From contig JBJBDC010000001.1 in NCBI GenBank assembly GCA_047285535.1, forward strand, positions 2,848,136 through 2,912,135: a DNA stretch of 64,000 bases. The letters run 5' to 3'. This DNA comes from Synechococcus sp. (lineage in GTDB: Bacteria > Cyanobacteriota > Cyanobacteriia > PCC-6307 > Cyanobiaceae). The notes beneath the pieces are model-generated. The model made no database searches, was not told the DNA's origin, and saw nothing but the letters and a program-made list of their open reading frames with translations. Shown here one piece after another: positions 1 to 9,639 of the stretch (its first letter is position 1; the number at the start of each line of letters is the position of its first letter). Both the position numbers and the translations under genes were made by a program.

Positions 1-13
1 GTGAGCTTTTGGC

Positions 14-319
14 TCAGCGATTGATCTCTGAATACCTAGTTGATTTACTGCCTCGTTTCGCCCAATAAGTGACTAATTCCTCTCCTCCTGGTCTTGGGAC
101 ACGCGCGCTTGCTCTTAAAATTTTGAAAGAACGTCTTGGTCCCATCGGCCAATTCCCTACAGCTTTTATATTTCTTACTCGACCTCCCATGGATTCTATA
201 ATTAATTCAAACTTATCCAATTGGGTTTGATCGACAGTCTCAAAAATAAAGTCACTACCATCGCAAATGAGATGATTTGATCGAATCCATGATTTCATTT
301 GGCTCACATTATCCTGCAT
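14..319 (-). CDS. cpeR: CpeR phycoerythrin operon regulator
   Basis: MKSWIRSNHLIC..FETVD..GNWPMGPRRSFKILRA..YWAKRGS matches the CpeR family; follows cpeS-cpeT. Start set at ATG 319. Confidence 0.88.
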   Translation of the reverse strand: MQDNVSQMKSWIRSNHLICDGSDFIFETVDQTQLDKFELIIESMGGRVRNIKAVGNWPMGPRRSFKILRASARVPRPGGEELVTYWAKRGSKSTRYSEINR

Positions 320-926
320 TGTGGTTGATCCATTCCGTTGAGATGATTTGTCCAATTTCTTTTACCTTTTTAAATCTTAGATGGCCATGTTCTGACCCCC
401 AGCATTGTTGATCGTTATCTTTATTGTAACCACGATCTCTACTGATCCAAGTTTCTTGATTGATTTCTACTTCACTGACGAGATATGTCAAAATACCATC
501 TTTTGGCACAATGCACTTTTTCCCTGGCTCGACTGAGCCAACATAATGCCCATCAGCTATTTTCTTGAAATACATATTGCATCCACATCTTGGCTTTAAG
601 GACTCAGTCTTGATGCTTTTAAGTAATTCAGGATTTCTTCCTGCTCCTGCTAGTCTATCAGGATTGGAAAATGAAAAGTTCTCCATTATACATGTATCGT
701 CTAATGTTTGATGCGTAATTAATCGGTGAATACCCTGTCTATAAGGATCCCAAGGTGCGTAATCATAATGTTGTTCCGAATAAAAACCCGGCCCGCTGAA
801 TATATTCCATGGAAGCGGTCTGAAGACTATATTGATACGGGCAAAATCTTTTGGATTGGCTTGTGCTTGCTCATAGTTATCGTATATTCCCGCAATTGCT
901 TTTGCAAATTCAAACACAGAATCCAT
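309..926 (-). CDS. cpeT: CpeT/CpcT-type phycobilin lyase
   Basis: YDNYEQAQANPKDFARI..FYSEQHYDYAPWDPYRQ..SRDRG..WGSEHG; lies between cpeS and cpeR. Confidence 0.92.
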   Translation of the reverse strand: MDSVFEFAKAIAGIYDNYEQAQANPKDFARINIVFRPLPWNIFSGPGFYSEQHYDYAPWDPYRQGIHRLITHQTLDDTCIMENFSFSNPDRLAGAGRNPELLKSIKTESLKPRCGCNMYFKKIADGHYVGSVEPGKKCIVPKDGILTYLVSEVEINQETWISRDRGYNKDNDQQCWGSEHGHLRFKKVKEIGQIISTEWINHNAG

Positions 927-940
927 GAATGTCTGGCGAT

Positions 941-1480
941 TTATGCTTTGTTTAAGCGGCGAACTTCAGAGCAAAATGATGTCTGCAATATTCCTGATCC
1001 TTCTGATGTTTTCAATACGGAAGATCTGCAGCGAACATTTTCACTAATGAACCATATTCTTTCCTCCGCAATTGATTGATCGTAAATTGTTTTGAGGATA
1101 AACGTTCCATCGTCTAGAAAATTATAATTTGATGTTGCAGCTATGGTTTCTGCGTAGCCTATACTGCGTATTAAAACTCCCGAAGTATTATTTTTTGGAA
1201 TTGGAATGATAATGCATTGGCCACTCGCAACATCGTTGGGATCTTCGGGTTCCCAATCACTTTCCGCCGACCATTTCATCAAAAAAGGTGACTTTATCTT
1301 TGATAAACTTAAGTCACCTTGACTCTTTAAGATATTTTTTAATTCAGGATCTGATTCACTAATGCGAATTACTGATATTTCGCTTAGTACGTCTTCGAAT
1401 TGCTGAAAAGCCAGTGAATGGGCTGAGCGCATTGATTTCCATTCACCTTCTGTCTGAGCAACAAACTGCTCAATATCCAT
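941..1480 (-). CDS. cpeS: CpeS/CpcS-type phycobilin lyase
   Basis: GEWKSMRSAHSLAFQQFE..GYAE..EERIWF..RCRSS..SFCSEVRR signature. Confidence 0.93.
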   Translation of the reverse strand: MDIEQFVAQTEGEWKSMRSAHSLAFQQFEDVLSEISVIRISESDPELKNILKSQGDLSLSKIKSPFLMKWSAESDWEPEDPNDVASGQCIIIPIPKNNTSGVLIRSIGYAETIAATSNYNFLDDGTFILKTIYDQSIAEERIWFISENVRCRSSVLKTSEGSGILQTSFCSEVRRLNKA

Positions 1481-1655
1481 TTTGGCTCGTCAATGCATTA
1501 GATTGTTCTTGATGTAATGAGGGTCGTGTATTTTGCATCATGTTGACAACTGAGTCAATCATCATTGACATTGCCATTGGATTTTTCTCTACTGATCTCT
1601 CAAAATCAGTTTTATTCAAGTGTGTTTGTTTCGAATTCGGTCGAGTGATTGGCAT
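1470..1655 (-). CDS. Small conserved hypothetical protein of the phycobilisome region
   Basis: 61-aa ORF (MPITRP..KNPMAMSMMIDSVVNMMQ) between cpeE and cpeS on the same strand, overlapping the cpeS start. Confidence 0.6.
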   Translation of the reverse strand: MPITRPNSKQTHLNKTDFERSVEKNPMAMSMMIDSVVNMMQNTRPSLHQEQSNALTSQNGY

Positions 1656-1705
1656 GAACTTGAGCTTTTGAATAATTGCTATTAAAAATTTAATCATTGG
1701 ATTCA

Positions 1706-1739
1706 TTATGCCCCAACACGTTCCCGAGCTGGGGCATAA
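1706..1739 (-). terminator. Stem-loop downstream of cpeE
   Basis: Perfect 10-bp inverted repeat TTATGCCCCA..TGGGGCATAA, 11 nt after the cpeE stop. Confidence 0.6.
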
Positions 1740-1750
1740 CGATAGGACCT

Positions 1751-2485
1751 TTAAGCCTTCGTAATACTAAGGATTTTTCCACCTTGAGCTAAAATACTTT
1801 TAATTGTTGATGACATTGAAATTTGGTTGACTACAGATTTTTGCGCGACACGACGATTAGCTCCCACCTGCTTAGGTGAGCTCCAGCTAATGGTTAACGC
1901 TCCTCCATTCCCCACTCCTCTGCGATTGGCGATATCTGGAATTGAGCCTGTTGTGATACTTTTCAATAGTGTTGAATTGTTTTGAGCACCATCGTATCCA
2001 GCATATCCAACTTCAATTGCATTCGATCTAGTGTAATTGATCGTTGTTCCTCCTTGTATTGTATTAGCTCCACGATTATAAGGAACCTGATCAATACCAA
2101 ATGCTTTCAAATATTCTTCGCTGTAGGTGTAACTCGCGATTTCCGTTTCGTACCCTTCTTCACTAAGTAGCCTTACATGCTCCATGATTTCGCTTTGATC
2201 ATGGGGGGCTCTCCCCAGTAGATGTTTAAAATTTAGCTCTACAAACTTATACGGACTATTTGTCTCAAGAAAAAGTTTTTTGTAGGTTTCTGACTGGGCT
2301 AGTGCTGTGACAAATCCTTGGACGGTTAGATCCCCATTGATAAAGAGTGCCTCTAATGAGTTGTTTACATCCAACTCCATAAGATGGCGGTTCCCAAACA
2401 CTTGGCGGTAAACCCTTTTGATTACATCAGCAGAGTGATCTAAATCTGCATTTGCTTGAGTTGAAAGGGTGATTGTTTCTGACAT
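1751..2485 (-). CDS. cpeE: Phycoerythrin-I rod linker CpeE
   Basis: PBS linker domain (VYRQVFGN..FVELNFKHLLGRAP) plus C-terminal GGKILSIT; position after mpeD. Confidence 0.88.
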   Translation of the reverse strand: MSETITLSTQANADLDHSADVIKRVYRQVFGNRHLMELDVNNSLEALFINGDLTVQGFVTALAQSETYKKLFLETNSPYKFVELNFKHLLGRAPHDQSEIMEHVRLLSEEGYETEIASYTYSEEYLKAFGIDQVPYNRGANTIQGGTTINYTRSNAIEVGYAGYDGAQNNSTLLKSITTGSIPDIANRRGVGNGGALTISWSSPKQVGANRRVAQKSVVNQISMSSTIKSILAQGGKILSITKA

Positions 2486-2511
2486 GGGTGTTTGAGAGAT
2501 GGGGTGAAGGC

Positions 2512-2545
2512 TAAGAAGAGTCTTCTGATCTGAAGGCTCTTCTTA
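2512..2545 (-). other. Intergenic stem-loop between mpeD and cpeE
   Basis: Inverted repeat TAAGAAGAGTCTTC..GAAGGCTCTTCTTA. Confidence 0.6.
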
Positions 2546-2563
2546 TTAAAGATTAATTTGTAC

Positions 2564-4210
2564 TTACATCACCTCAGTGATCGAGAGGATCTTGCCTCCA
2601 CGTGAGTGGATGTATTTCATTTGGCTTGACATGTCTTTGCCTGATACAAGATAAGTACTTCCAGCCGTGCGTTGTCTGCTTCGTGCGGTTTGTGTACCAA
2701 CAACAATTCTGAACCGCTTCTTGGTTGGATCTGGTGATCCTGACTGGGTTCCAGTTCGATTGATTCTCGTTGTGGTTGAACTCCAACCTCCTGGAACTGT
2801 TCCAGTAGCTACAGAGGTTACGAGTGATGACCCTGTTTGAACGGTGTCACTCGCTGCATATCCTTCAGCTAATTTCAGGTGACGATTAAATCCAACCTGA
2901 GACCGTCCATTTTCCGACAGAATACGTGCATAAGGCACTGTGTCTTCGCCGAAGGTGGTTTGATATTCAACGCTGTCCACATAGCTACAAATCTCAGCTT
3001 CGTAACCACTTTCTGCAAGGATTTTTGTGTGCTCGCTGATTTCAGCTTGCGATTTTGGTGCTCTCCCTAAGAAGTGCTTAAAGTTTAATTCAATGAAGCG
3101 ATAAGGAGCATTGGTCTCGAAGAAACGACGCTTATATTCTGCCGAAAGTCCTAGTGCACGGACCAACTCACGAGTACTTAGATAGCCATCGAGGAATTTA
3201 CTTTCAGCTGTGATTGCCCGTTCAAATTCCATCAGATGTGGGTTGCCCATCACCTGTTTGTATGTGGCTCTAATGAGAGCATTGAGTTGATCTGTTGAGT
3301 CACCAGGGCAGCGTTGGAATGTTTCCTGCTCTCGTTGGCCCAGGCCAAAGAAGACGTAACTATCTCCACGCATCGGCGCTCCATCTTTCCCGCTGGTCAC
3401 TCCAGGTGCTCTGCTGTTAAAGCGACCCGATACAAAGCTAGGAGTAGGACGTACACCGATGGATTCCGAAGGTACGTTGATTCTTGGAGCTCTCCCACTT
3501 CCATAGCTACTGATCAGTGTGCTAATACCACCTCTGGCACTATCACTACCTGCAAAGCTTTTTTGAATTCCAGCTAGCAATGGAAATGCAGAAGTTGCTA
3601 AATCTGCTGGTGAGGACCAAGCTCTCGCGTAAGGAACTACATCAGTTCCGAAAACCTCGAGATATTCAGCGGAATCGACAAGGCTATCGATTAATGCTTC
3701 TTGTCCATGTGCGGCCTGGATAGCTATTTTTGCTGAGATCTCAGCTTGTGAATGAGGTGCTCTACCTAAGAGGTGCTTAAAGTTAAGTTCAATGCCTCTT
3801 TGTGGACCTACAGATGTGAAAAATCTTTGTTTGTAAAAACTTGATTTTGCCAATCCCCGAACGAAATCACGAACCGTTAAATCTCCATTTCGAAGTTGTG
3901 CTTCCAGTTCATTGCATCGCTCGAAATCCATGACATGAGCGTTGCCAAATATCTGGCGATATGAAGCTGCTATGACATCATCAAGAGCTGAATTATCGTC
4001 TGGGCTGTAGCATTCGAATGTCACTTGATGAGGACAGTCTGCGTGACTTCTTGGTCCAACACCAATTGCCATTTGTTGGCATGAATTTTGTAGAAATTCA
4101 CCAATTGTTAATGCTGCTTTCTGCCCCGCTGCTCCCTTCTTTTGAAAGCTGACTGGGGTATTCCACTTGGTTTCTGCGCCGAATCCTGCTGAGGTTTTGT
4201 TGGTTGACAT
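2564..4210 (-). CDS. mpeD: Phycoerythrin linker MpeD (two tandem linker domains)
   Basis: 548 aa; N-terminal SCQQMAIGVGPRSHADCP motif; two ELNFKH.LGRAP linker domains; C-terminal GGKILSITEV. Confidence 0.88.
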   Translation of the reverse strand: MSTNKTSAGFGAETKWNTPVSFQKKGAAGQKAALTIGEFLQNSCQQMAIGVGPRSHADCPHQVTFECYSPDDNSALDDVIAASYRQIFGNAHVMDFERCNELEAQLRNGDLTVRDFVRGLAKSSFYKQRFFTSVGPQRGIELNFKHLLGRAPHSQAEISAKIAIQAAHGQEALIDSLVDSAEYLEVFGTDVVPYARAWSSPADLATSAFPLLAGIQKSFAGSDSARGGISTLISSYGSGRAPRINVPSESIGVRPTPSFVSGRFNSRAPGVTSGKDGAPMRGDSYVFFGLGQREQETFQRCPGDSTDQLNALIRATYKQVMGNPHLMEFERAITAESKFLDGYLSTRELVRALGLSAEYKRRFFETNAPYRFIELNFKHFLGRAPKSQAEISEHTKILAESGYEAEICSYVDSVEYQTTFGEDTVPYARILSENGRSQVGFNRHLKLAEGYAASDTVQTGSSLVTSVATGTVPGGWSSTTTRINRTGTQSGSPDPTKKRFRIVVGTQTARSRQRTAGSTYLVSGKDMSSQMKYIHSRGGKILSITEVM

Positions 4211-4260
4211 AATTAGATTTGGGTTTGAATAAAGATTTTGTGGAGCTGAAAAGGGTTGAA

Positions 4261-5145
4261 TTAGGTTAATGGTGTAATACTTGAGATTTTTCCTCCTTCA
4301 CGATGTATCCGCTTAAATTGCTCTGATAGCTTATCAAATGGTACGTAATAAACACGATTCGATTTTGTGTAGCGCGATATGCGACGCACATTATTGGCAC
4401 TATATCCTGTTACTTCAACACGATAGGTAGTTCCTTCTTGTCCAGCACCCACGCCTAAGCGAGTAGGTGCATCTTGAAGATTTTTCGACCTTCTGAAGCT
4501 CCAGCCAGTCGTTTGATTGGATGAGGGAGGAATTACTGGCAGAGGGAGGTTTTGATAAACCGCTCCACCCAATTTGCTTGTAATTCCTGAGATATCACCC
4601 TTCAGGCTGCTACTGCTATTACCGCGTAGGAGTTGGAAACTCCATGTGAATTCTTGGAGAGTTGTACAACTTTCAGTTTTCCACCCTCGTTGGAATGGTA
4701 CGACCCACTCACCATAGGTATTCTGATAGTCATCAGAATCTAGAAAACTGTCTATATCTGCTTCATATCCGTGGCTGTCAAGACGTTCTGCATGCGTGCG
4801 CATTTCTTGAAAGTCAACCGGTGCTCTTCCCAGAAGGTGTCGGAACGCTAGCTCTATATACCGATATCTCGGGCAGTTTTCGTAAAATCGGCTCCGGTAC
4901 AGATCACTTTTGGCGATCCTCCGGATGAGCTCTCTAACACTGATTTCACCGAGTTTGAACTGTGATTCTGCAACAAGCTGGCGCTCACTCTCCATGACGT
5001 AAGCGTTGCCTAGAACTTGCTTGTAGATCGCTTTGATCAAAGTTTCCTTATGGGCGTCATTGTCGCCTGGAAGTAGTTCGAGCGGTGCTTCACTCTCTGT
5101 TGAGAAGCGTTCAACCCCAAGTAGCGAGGCAGGACCAAAGGGCAT
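4261..5145 (-). CDS. cpeC: Phycoerythrin-I rod linker CpeC
   Basis: MPFGPASLLGVERF start, linker domain, C-terminal CpcD-like domain. Confidence 0.93.
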   Translation of the reverse strand: MPFGPASLLGVERFSTESEAPLELLPGDNDAHKETLIKAIYKQVLGNAYVMESERQLVAESQFKLGEISVRELIRRIAKSDLYRSRFYENCPRYRYIELAFRHLLGRAPVDFQEMRTHAERLDSHGYEADIDSFLDSDDYQNTYGEWVVPFQRGWKTESCTTLQEFTWSFQLLRGNSSSSLKGDISGITSKLGGAVYQNLPLPVIPPSSNQTTGWSFRRSKNLQDAPTRLGVGAGQEGTTYRVEVTGYSANNVRRISRYTKSNRVYYVPFDKLSEQFKRIHREGGKISSITPLT

Positions 5146-5306
5146 GAATAGCTCTCTCGTTTATCTCCATACAATCTCTTCGAAATTCGCTCTAATCGGA
5201 CAGCTTCTTTATAAAGCTCAATCAAGTGTTTTGATTTGTTGCGTGGAACGACAAAATCCAGCGCTCGCAAGGGAAACGACGCAGCATCGCCAGCAGCATT
5301 GTTAAA

Positions 5307-5996
5307 TTATGTATCTAAGAGTAGTGATTCAAGGCTCCCTCTAGCTGTGTTTCTTGTAAGTGGATTCCAATGATCTAATTCCAGTGCAGGCCTGTCTAGA
5401 AGTTGTTCAATCATTGATTCCATCCCTGTGCAGTATGAGAAATCTGTACCCTTGATACACTCCAATGTATCTAAGTTGGCTTCCGTAAGATCGGCGCCTC
5501 TTAGGTCTGCCATATTGAGTTCGCTTGTCCCAAATCGAGCCCCTCGACACATAGCTCCTCTCAAAATTGCATGGCGCAGGTCTGCACCTGCTAAAGAAAC
5601 GTTATCCAGTATTGCTCCGCTTAAATCGGCACCACTGAGATAAGCTCCCATTAAAGATCCGTTACGCAGATCAATTCCTCTTAAATCAGCATTATTTAAA
5701 AATGCCCCATTCAGTTTAGCTCCAGGCCCTATAGCGCCACTCGTTTGAATTGCAAACCCTTCAGGGAATTGTGTTTTTTGGTCATATTTTGCCAGGCGTA
5801 TATCTACTTTATCTAGCAGGCAATATTTTAAATTCGTTCCTCTCAAATCAGTACGACATAAATTAGCTTCTCGTAAATCAAGTGAGCCAAGATCTTTTTG
5901 GCTCCAATTGGCTCCTCTGGCATCTATTGGACCATCATTAATATCTTCAGGACTGATTGTTTCCGGAGCTTTCCAAGTGCTTAGATCAATGTTCAT
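5307..5996 (-). CDS. Pentapeptide repeat protein
   Basis: Many A(D/N)L(R/S)G repeats. Confidence 0.9.
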   Translation of the reverse strand: MNIDLSTWKAPETISPEDINDGPIDARGANWSQKDLGSLDLREANLCRTDLRGTNLKYCLLDKVDIRLAKYDQKTQFPEGFAIQTSGAIGPGAKLNGAFLNNADLRGIDLRNGSLMGAYLSGADLSGAILDNVSLAGADLRHAILRGAMCRGARFGTSELNMADLRGADLTEANLDTLECIKGTDFSYCTGMESMIEQLLDRPALELDHWNPLTRNTARGSLESLLLDT

Positions 5997-6001
5997 TTGA
6001 T

Positions 6002-6760
6002 TTAATTTTGCAGCATTGAAACGCCAATTGTAAGAATTACCCTTGAGACTTCAAATCCACCAATTGCAAATAATATCAGCCAGATTTTGATCACCCATGC
6101 CGGTGGTTGTCCCACTATTAGATTGACTTGAGCTGATAATCCACCAGTGGTAAATGTTTTGTTGACGCACTTTCTTTCAATGAGTGTTTTTTTCCAGTCC
6201 TCTCCATAGCGAGGAAATTGTTGATACATTGGCATGTCTCCTATTGAGCGTCCTGGAATTAATCTTCCGCGTTGAGCTGGTGTGCCATCATATCCAAAGG
6301 TTGTCATGTATTCATTGCTTTCAAGGATTTGATCTACAAAAGCAGGAAATCCTTTCTCGGCTATGATGATAGACCAAGCTAGCCTTTCATTGTCTCCACT
6401 TACAGCACGCCCTAATACTCTGCCTATCACTTGATCCACCATTCTATAATTAGAACTGCATTGATAATAGCCTTGCTGGAATCTTTCTGACAATAAAAGC
6501 CCTCGTATGAAATCGCGCATGGTTATGTATCCGCTTCTTAACTGAGACTCGAGATATAAATCTCGATCACATTGCATGGCATGAAAGAATATTTGTTGAT
6601 AAGCTTCTTCTATTAAGGTATCCATATCCCTTCTCATTGAACTGGAGGAGGAAGAAATTTCACCGGTTCCTTGGTATTTAACCGAATCCTTGTTACCAGC
6701 AAGATTGGTGACACGACTGTTCTGGCTCTTCAGAGAGTAATTGCGAACAGGGATTGCCAT
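6002..6760 (-). CDS. cpcL: Rod-membrane linker CpcL (CpcG2)
   Basis: CpcG domain (MAIPV..SQNSRV..YQQIFFHAM..LESQLR..LGR) with a hydrophobic C-terminal tail (WVIKIWLILFAIGG). Confidence 0.88.
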   Translation of the reverse strand: MAIPVRNYSLKSQNSRVTNLAGNKDSVKYQGTGEISSSSSSMRRDMDTLIEEAYQQIFFHAMQCDRDLYLESQLRSGYITMRDFIRGLLLSERFQQGYYQCSSNYRMVDQVIGRVLGRAVSGDNERLAWSIIIAEKGFPAFVDQILESNEYMTTFGYDGTPAQRGRLIPGRSIGDMPMYQQFPRYGEDWKKTLIERKCVNKTFTTGGLSAQVNLIVGQPPAWVIKIWLILFAIGGFEVSRVILTIGVSMLQN

Positions 6761-6921
6761 GGATGCTGTCTGCCTTCTAGGTATAATTGCTAATTGTATG
6801 GGTTGCGGCTGAAGTTTTTATGATCTGTTCCTAAATCTTAAAGTCCAATTTTACGTTTTACCTAGCCAAATCTTATCAGTTTTGTGATTAGAGCCCTAAT
6901 ATTATCTACTTATTGTTAATA

Positions 6922-6959
6922 TAAAAAATGGCAGCAGTGATGATTTCGTCTGCTGCCAT
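6922..6959 (-). terminator. Intrinsic terminator of the PEII linker gene
   Basis: 10-bp inverted repeat ATGGCAGCAG..CTGCTGCCAT followed by a T-tract on the minus strand. Confidence 0.75.
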
Positions 6960-7043
6960 AAGGCTCTTCAGTTTGGCGCTATGGGGATATTCTTCTACGT
7001 CTAAGTTGGTATTTATGGTCAGTATATTTGTATCGTTAATCGT

Positions 7044-7874
7044 CTATCTTTTTGTTGTTTGTGGCACGAACATTCTTTTGAAGGCAGCTGATAAAGGATC
7101 TGTAACAGCTTTTGAATAACTAAATCCGGAGACATCGTAATCATCTGAGGATGTGCCTAGTTTTCTTGCATTTGCTAAAGCCATCACGAGTTGGCTTCTT
7201 TCTCCAATGATTGTGTCCGAGCTTGCATTTCCTGCACTCACAGAACACATATTCACAAAGGTTGAGCAATAGAATCCTGCTTCAGATTTCCAGGCTCGAT
7301 CATAAGGTACGGTGTCAGTCCCAAATACCTCAAGGTATTCTCCAGAGGTTGTGACTTTGTTGACGAATGCATCGAATCCATGATTGGCAATAAATTCAAT
7401 ATTTTCGCTAATCTCATGTTGGCTTATTGGTGGTCTGCCTAGAATATGTTTGAGAGTAAGCTCTACCCCTCTAATTGGTGATACTTTATAAAAAAATAGA
7501 TTTTTGTACATATCTGACTTTGCCAAGCCAGCTACAAAATCTCTGGTTTTGATTCTTCCGTCTCTAAGTTGTGATTCCAGTTCTGTGCAACGTTGACTAT
7601 CGGTTGGCTTGGCATTGCCAAAAATTTGCTTGTAAGAGCTGCAAATAGTAAGTTCTAATGCCGTATTCCCTGAGGCTGCATATTCGTCTGATTTGACGCC
7701 AAATGGGCACTCACCATGATGTCTTGGACCAATGCCAATTCCCATGGCCTTGCATTGGTTTTCTTTAAACTGTTCAGGGGTCAGTGCGGCCTGCTGATTA
7801 ATTGTTGTATTTGTTTTGCTAAATGAGGTGCGAGCATTATTGGTGAAATCACGTTTTTGTTTGATGGCGACCAT
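7044..7874 (-). CDS. Phycoerythrin-II-associated linker (MpeE/F/G-like)
   Basis: QCKAMGIGIGPRHHGECP motif like the MpeD N-terminus, plus one linker domain. Exact paralog not resolvable by eye. Confidence 0.85.
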   Translation of the reverse strand: MVAIKQKRDFTNNARTSFSKTNTTINQQAALTPEQFKENQCKAMGIGIGPRHHGECPFGVKSDEYAASGNTALELTICSSYKQIFGNAKPTDSQRCTELESQLRDGRIKTRDFVAGLAKSDMYKNLFFYKVSPIRGVELTLKHILGRPPISQHEISENIEFIANHGFDAFVNKVTTSGEYLEVFGTDTVPYDRAWKSEAGFYCSTFVNMCSVSAGNASSDTIIGERSQLVMALANARKLGTSSDDYDVSGFSYSKAVTDPLSAAFKRMFVPQTTKR

Positions 7875-8089
7875 GGCTTGGAAATTCCAGTCTCAATGGC
7901 ATGGATCTTAGTTTTCTTAAGCCTAAACTTGACTGTTTCCCTTGGTTTCGCAACAAAAATTTTGGGAGCAGCTTCGCTGCGTAGAACTGTGTTTATTTGT
8001 CATCTCTCCGTATAGTCCATTCGTTCGTGAATTCATAGGCATCAAACTCACAATGACATTAGAAGTCTTCTTGTGTGTGCCGGCCCTCT

Positions 8090-8665
8090 TCAAGATGGAT
8101 TCATTTCCTTTATTAAATGATCAAAGCAATCATTGAGTAAATTAATCTCAGGCAGTTCTTCCTTATTGGCATAGACTTCATTGCATCTGTTCTGCAGCTC
8201 TTTAAGACATATCATCAGGCCATCGATTGGTACTTCTAATTCTGCGTAGAGTTTCTTGAGTGCTTCTACTCCTTTTTGATCAGTGATGTTGTGATCTCCG
8301 GCTGCTGTTCCATAGATACTTATTCGGGCAAAATGGAAGCAGTCTCTCCAGCATGCTTCAGCTCTTTCTTTCGGGTAGAGGGAGCCTCCAGGTTCTGTGA
8401 TATTTGGTTTTTTCTTGAGGAGATGTTTTTTTGCCTGATCGATGAGGCTTGACAATTGGGCTTGAAGGATTTCAAGTTTATGGGGGTCGCTTTGAGATCT
8501 TCCGCAAAGTATTGTTAACTCGAATCCACTTAACAATCTTTTCTCGCTATTGGCTGCATAGAGAATTTGTTGGTGTGAAATCGGTAAATTCGGATTTTGA
8601 TGTAATCCGAATATTTGCGCTCGTTTTGCTAATGATTCAATCCTCTCTTTCGACATTTCCTTCAT
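8090..8665 (-). CDS. aplA: Allophycocyanin-like protein AplA
   Basis: Phycobiliprotein globin motifs PGGSLYP..EACWRDC..YAELEVP; position in the PBS region. Confidence 0.8.
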   Translation of the reverse strand: MKEMSKERIESLAKRAQIFGLHQNPNLPISHQQILYAANSEKRLLSGFELTILCGRSQSDPHKLEILQAQLSSLIDQAKKHLLKKKPNITEPGGSLYPKERAEACWRDCFHFARISIYGTAAGDHNITDQKGVEALKKLYAELEVPIDGLMICLKELQNRCNEVYANKEELPEINLLNDCFDHLIKEMNPS

Positions 8666-8674
8666 GGGTTCTTT

Positions 8675-9109
8675 CTATTTTCTCAGTTGTTTGACGTCAA
8701 TGACTGGCGATGCTGTTAGCCAGCCATGGCGCTCAAGATAAAAAGCCCATGTAATCTCTGATCCAAGCCCAGGACAGTACTTGCAGACTGCTTCAGCGAG
8801 ATCGTTTGGTATTTCAAGGCACTTCAAAAGGTGGATGATTTCATTCTTTTTATTAATCTTTGTCGAACGTATTGCTGCTCCAACGACCCAGGTCAGTTTT
8901 GTAGAAGTAAGTTCATCCTGGTTGCTTTCGCAGGCTAATAGTATATTTACCGGCTCGTTAATGTTTTTGAGTGTTTCTTCCCAGAGCATCATGTCGTCGG
9001 ATTTAAGATTCAATCTAAGAATCTCGTTGCCAATATTGAAGTGAATCTCTTCCTCGCTTGAGGTGTTGCTTAATAAATCTGTCAGGCTCTGCTCAGATTT
9101 GTTTTTCAT
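8675..9109 (-). CDS. Conserved hypothetical protein
   Basis: 144-aa ORF directly upstream of aplA (LTWVVGAAIR..CPGLG..WAFYLERHGWL). Confidence 0.75.
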   Translation of the reverse strand: MKNKSEQSLTDLLSNTSSEEEIHFNIGNEILRLNLKSDDMMLWEETLKNINEPVNILLACESNQDELTSTKLTWVVGAAIRSTKINKKNEIIHLLKCLEIPNDLAEAVCKYCPGLGSEITWAFYLERHGWLTASPVIDVKQLRK

Positions 9110-9639
9110 GCTTCGACTCCCTGTTGTCTCCCGGCGATCGATTCTGTAGTATCCATCTTCAGCCTATTTCTCGTAGGACAGCTTGCATGTTGTTTAATCT
9201 GCACAAAACTATAGGTTTTTGGGTTTTCAGATCGTTTTTGCTTGAAATTGCTACAAGGCTAGAAATGATAGTTGAAGGCTTTTTGCGGGCTAGTCCTTTT
9301 TCGTTGTTCTTTTTCAGTCATTGTGGTTCTTCTCTTTCCAATGTGAATCGAAAATCATATATACCTGTTATTTCTCTTGGACCGTCGCTATCTGCCTGAG
9401 TCAGTGCTTTTCATTCTCTCGATCATCTGTTTTTCTTCATCTTCCCTGGCCGAGTTCACTATGAGATCTCGGTTTGGATTTGATGTTATTGATAATCTTT
9501 GATTCTTTTTCTTGTGGACTGCTCTACTCCCTTTCGGTTTATGCGCTGGCCTTGCGGCTTTCGTTTGTTGTGATGGACAACGTTGCATTCATCGATATCA
9601 TCTGATTGTCGTTTCAATCACCTTTTGGGTATTTTATCC

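Noticed and set aside
9058..9588. ORFs 9058-9399(+) and 9388-9588(-)
   Set aside because: Non-ATG starts, no recognisable motif and skewed composition; more likely a divergent promoter region.
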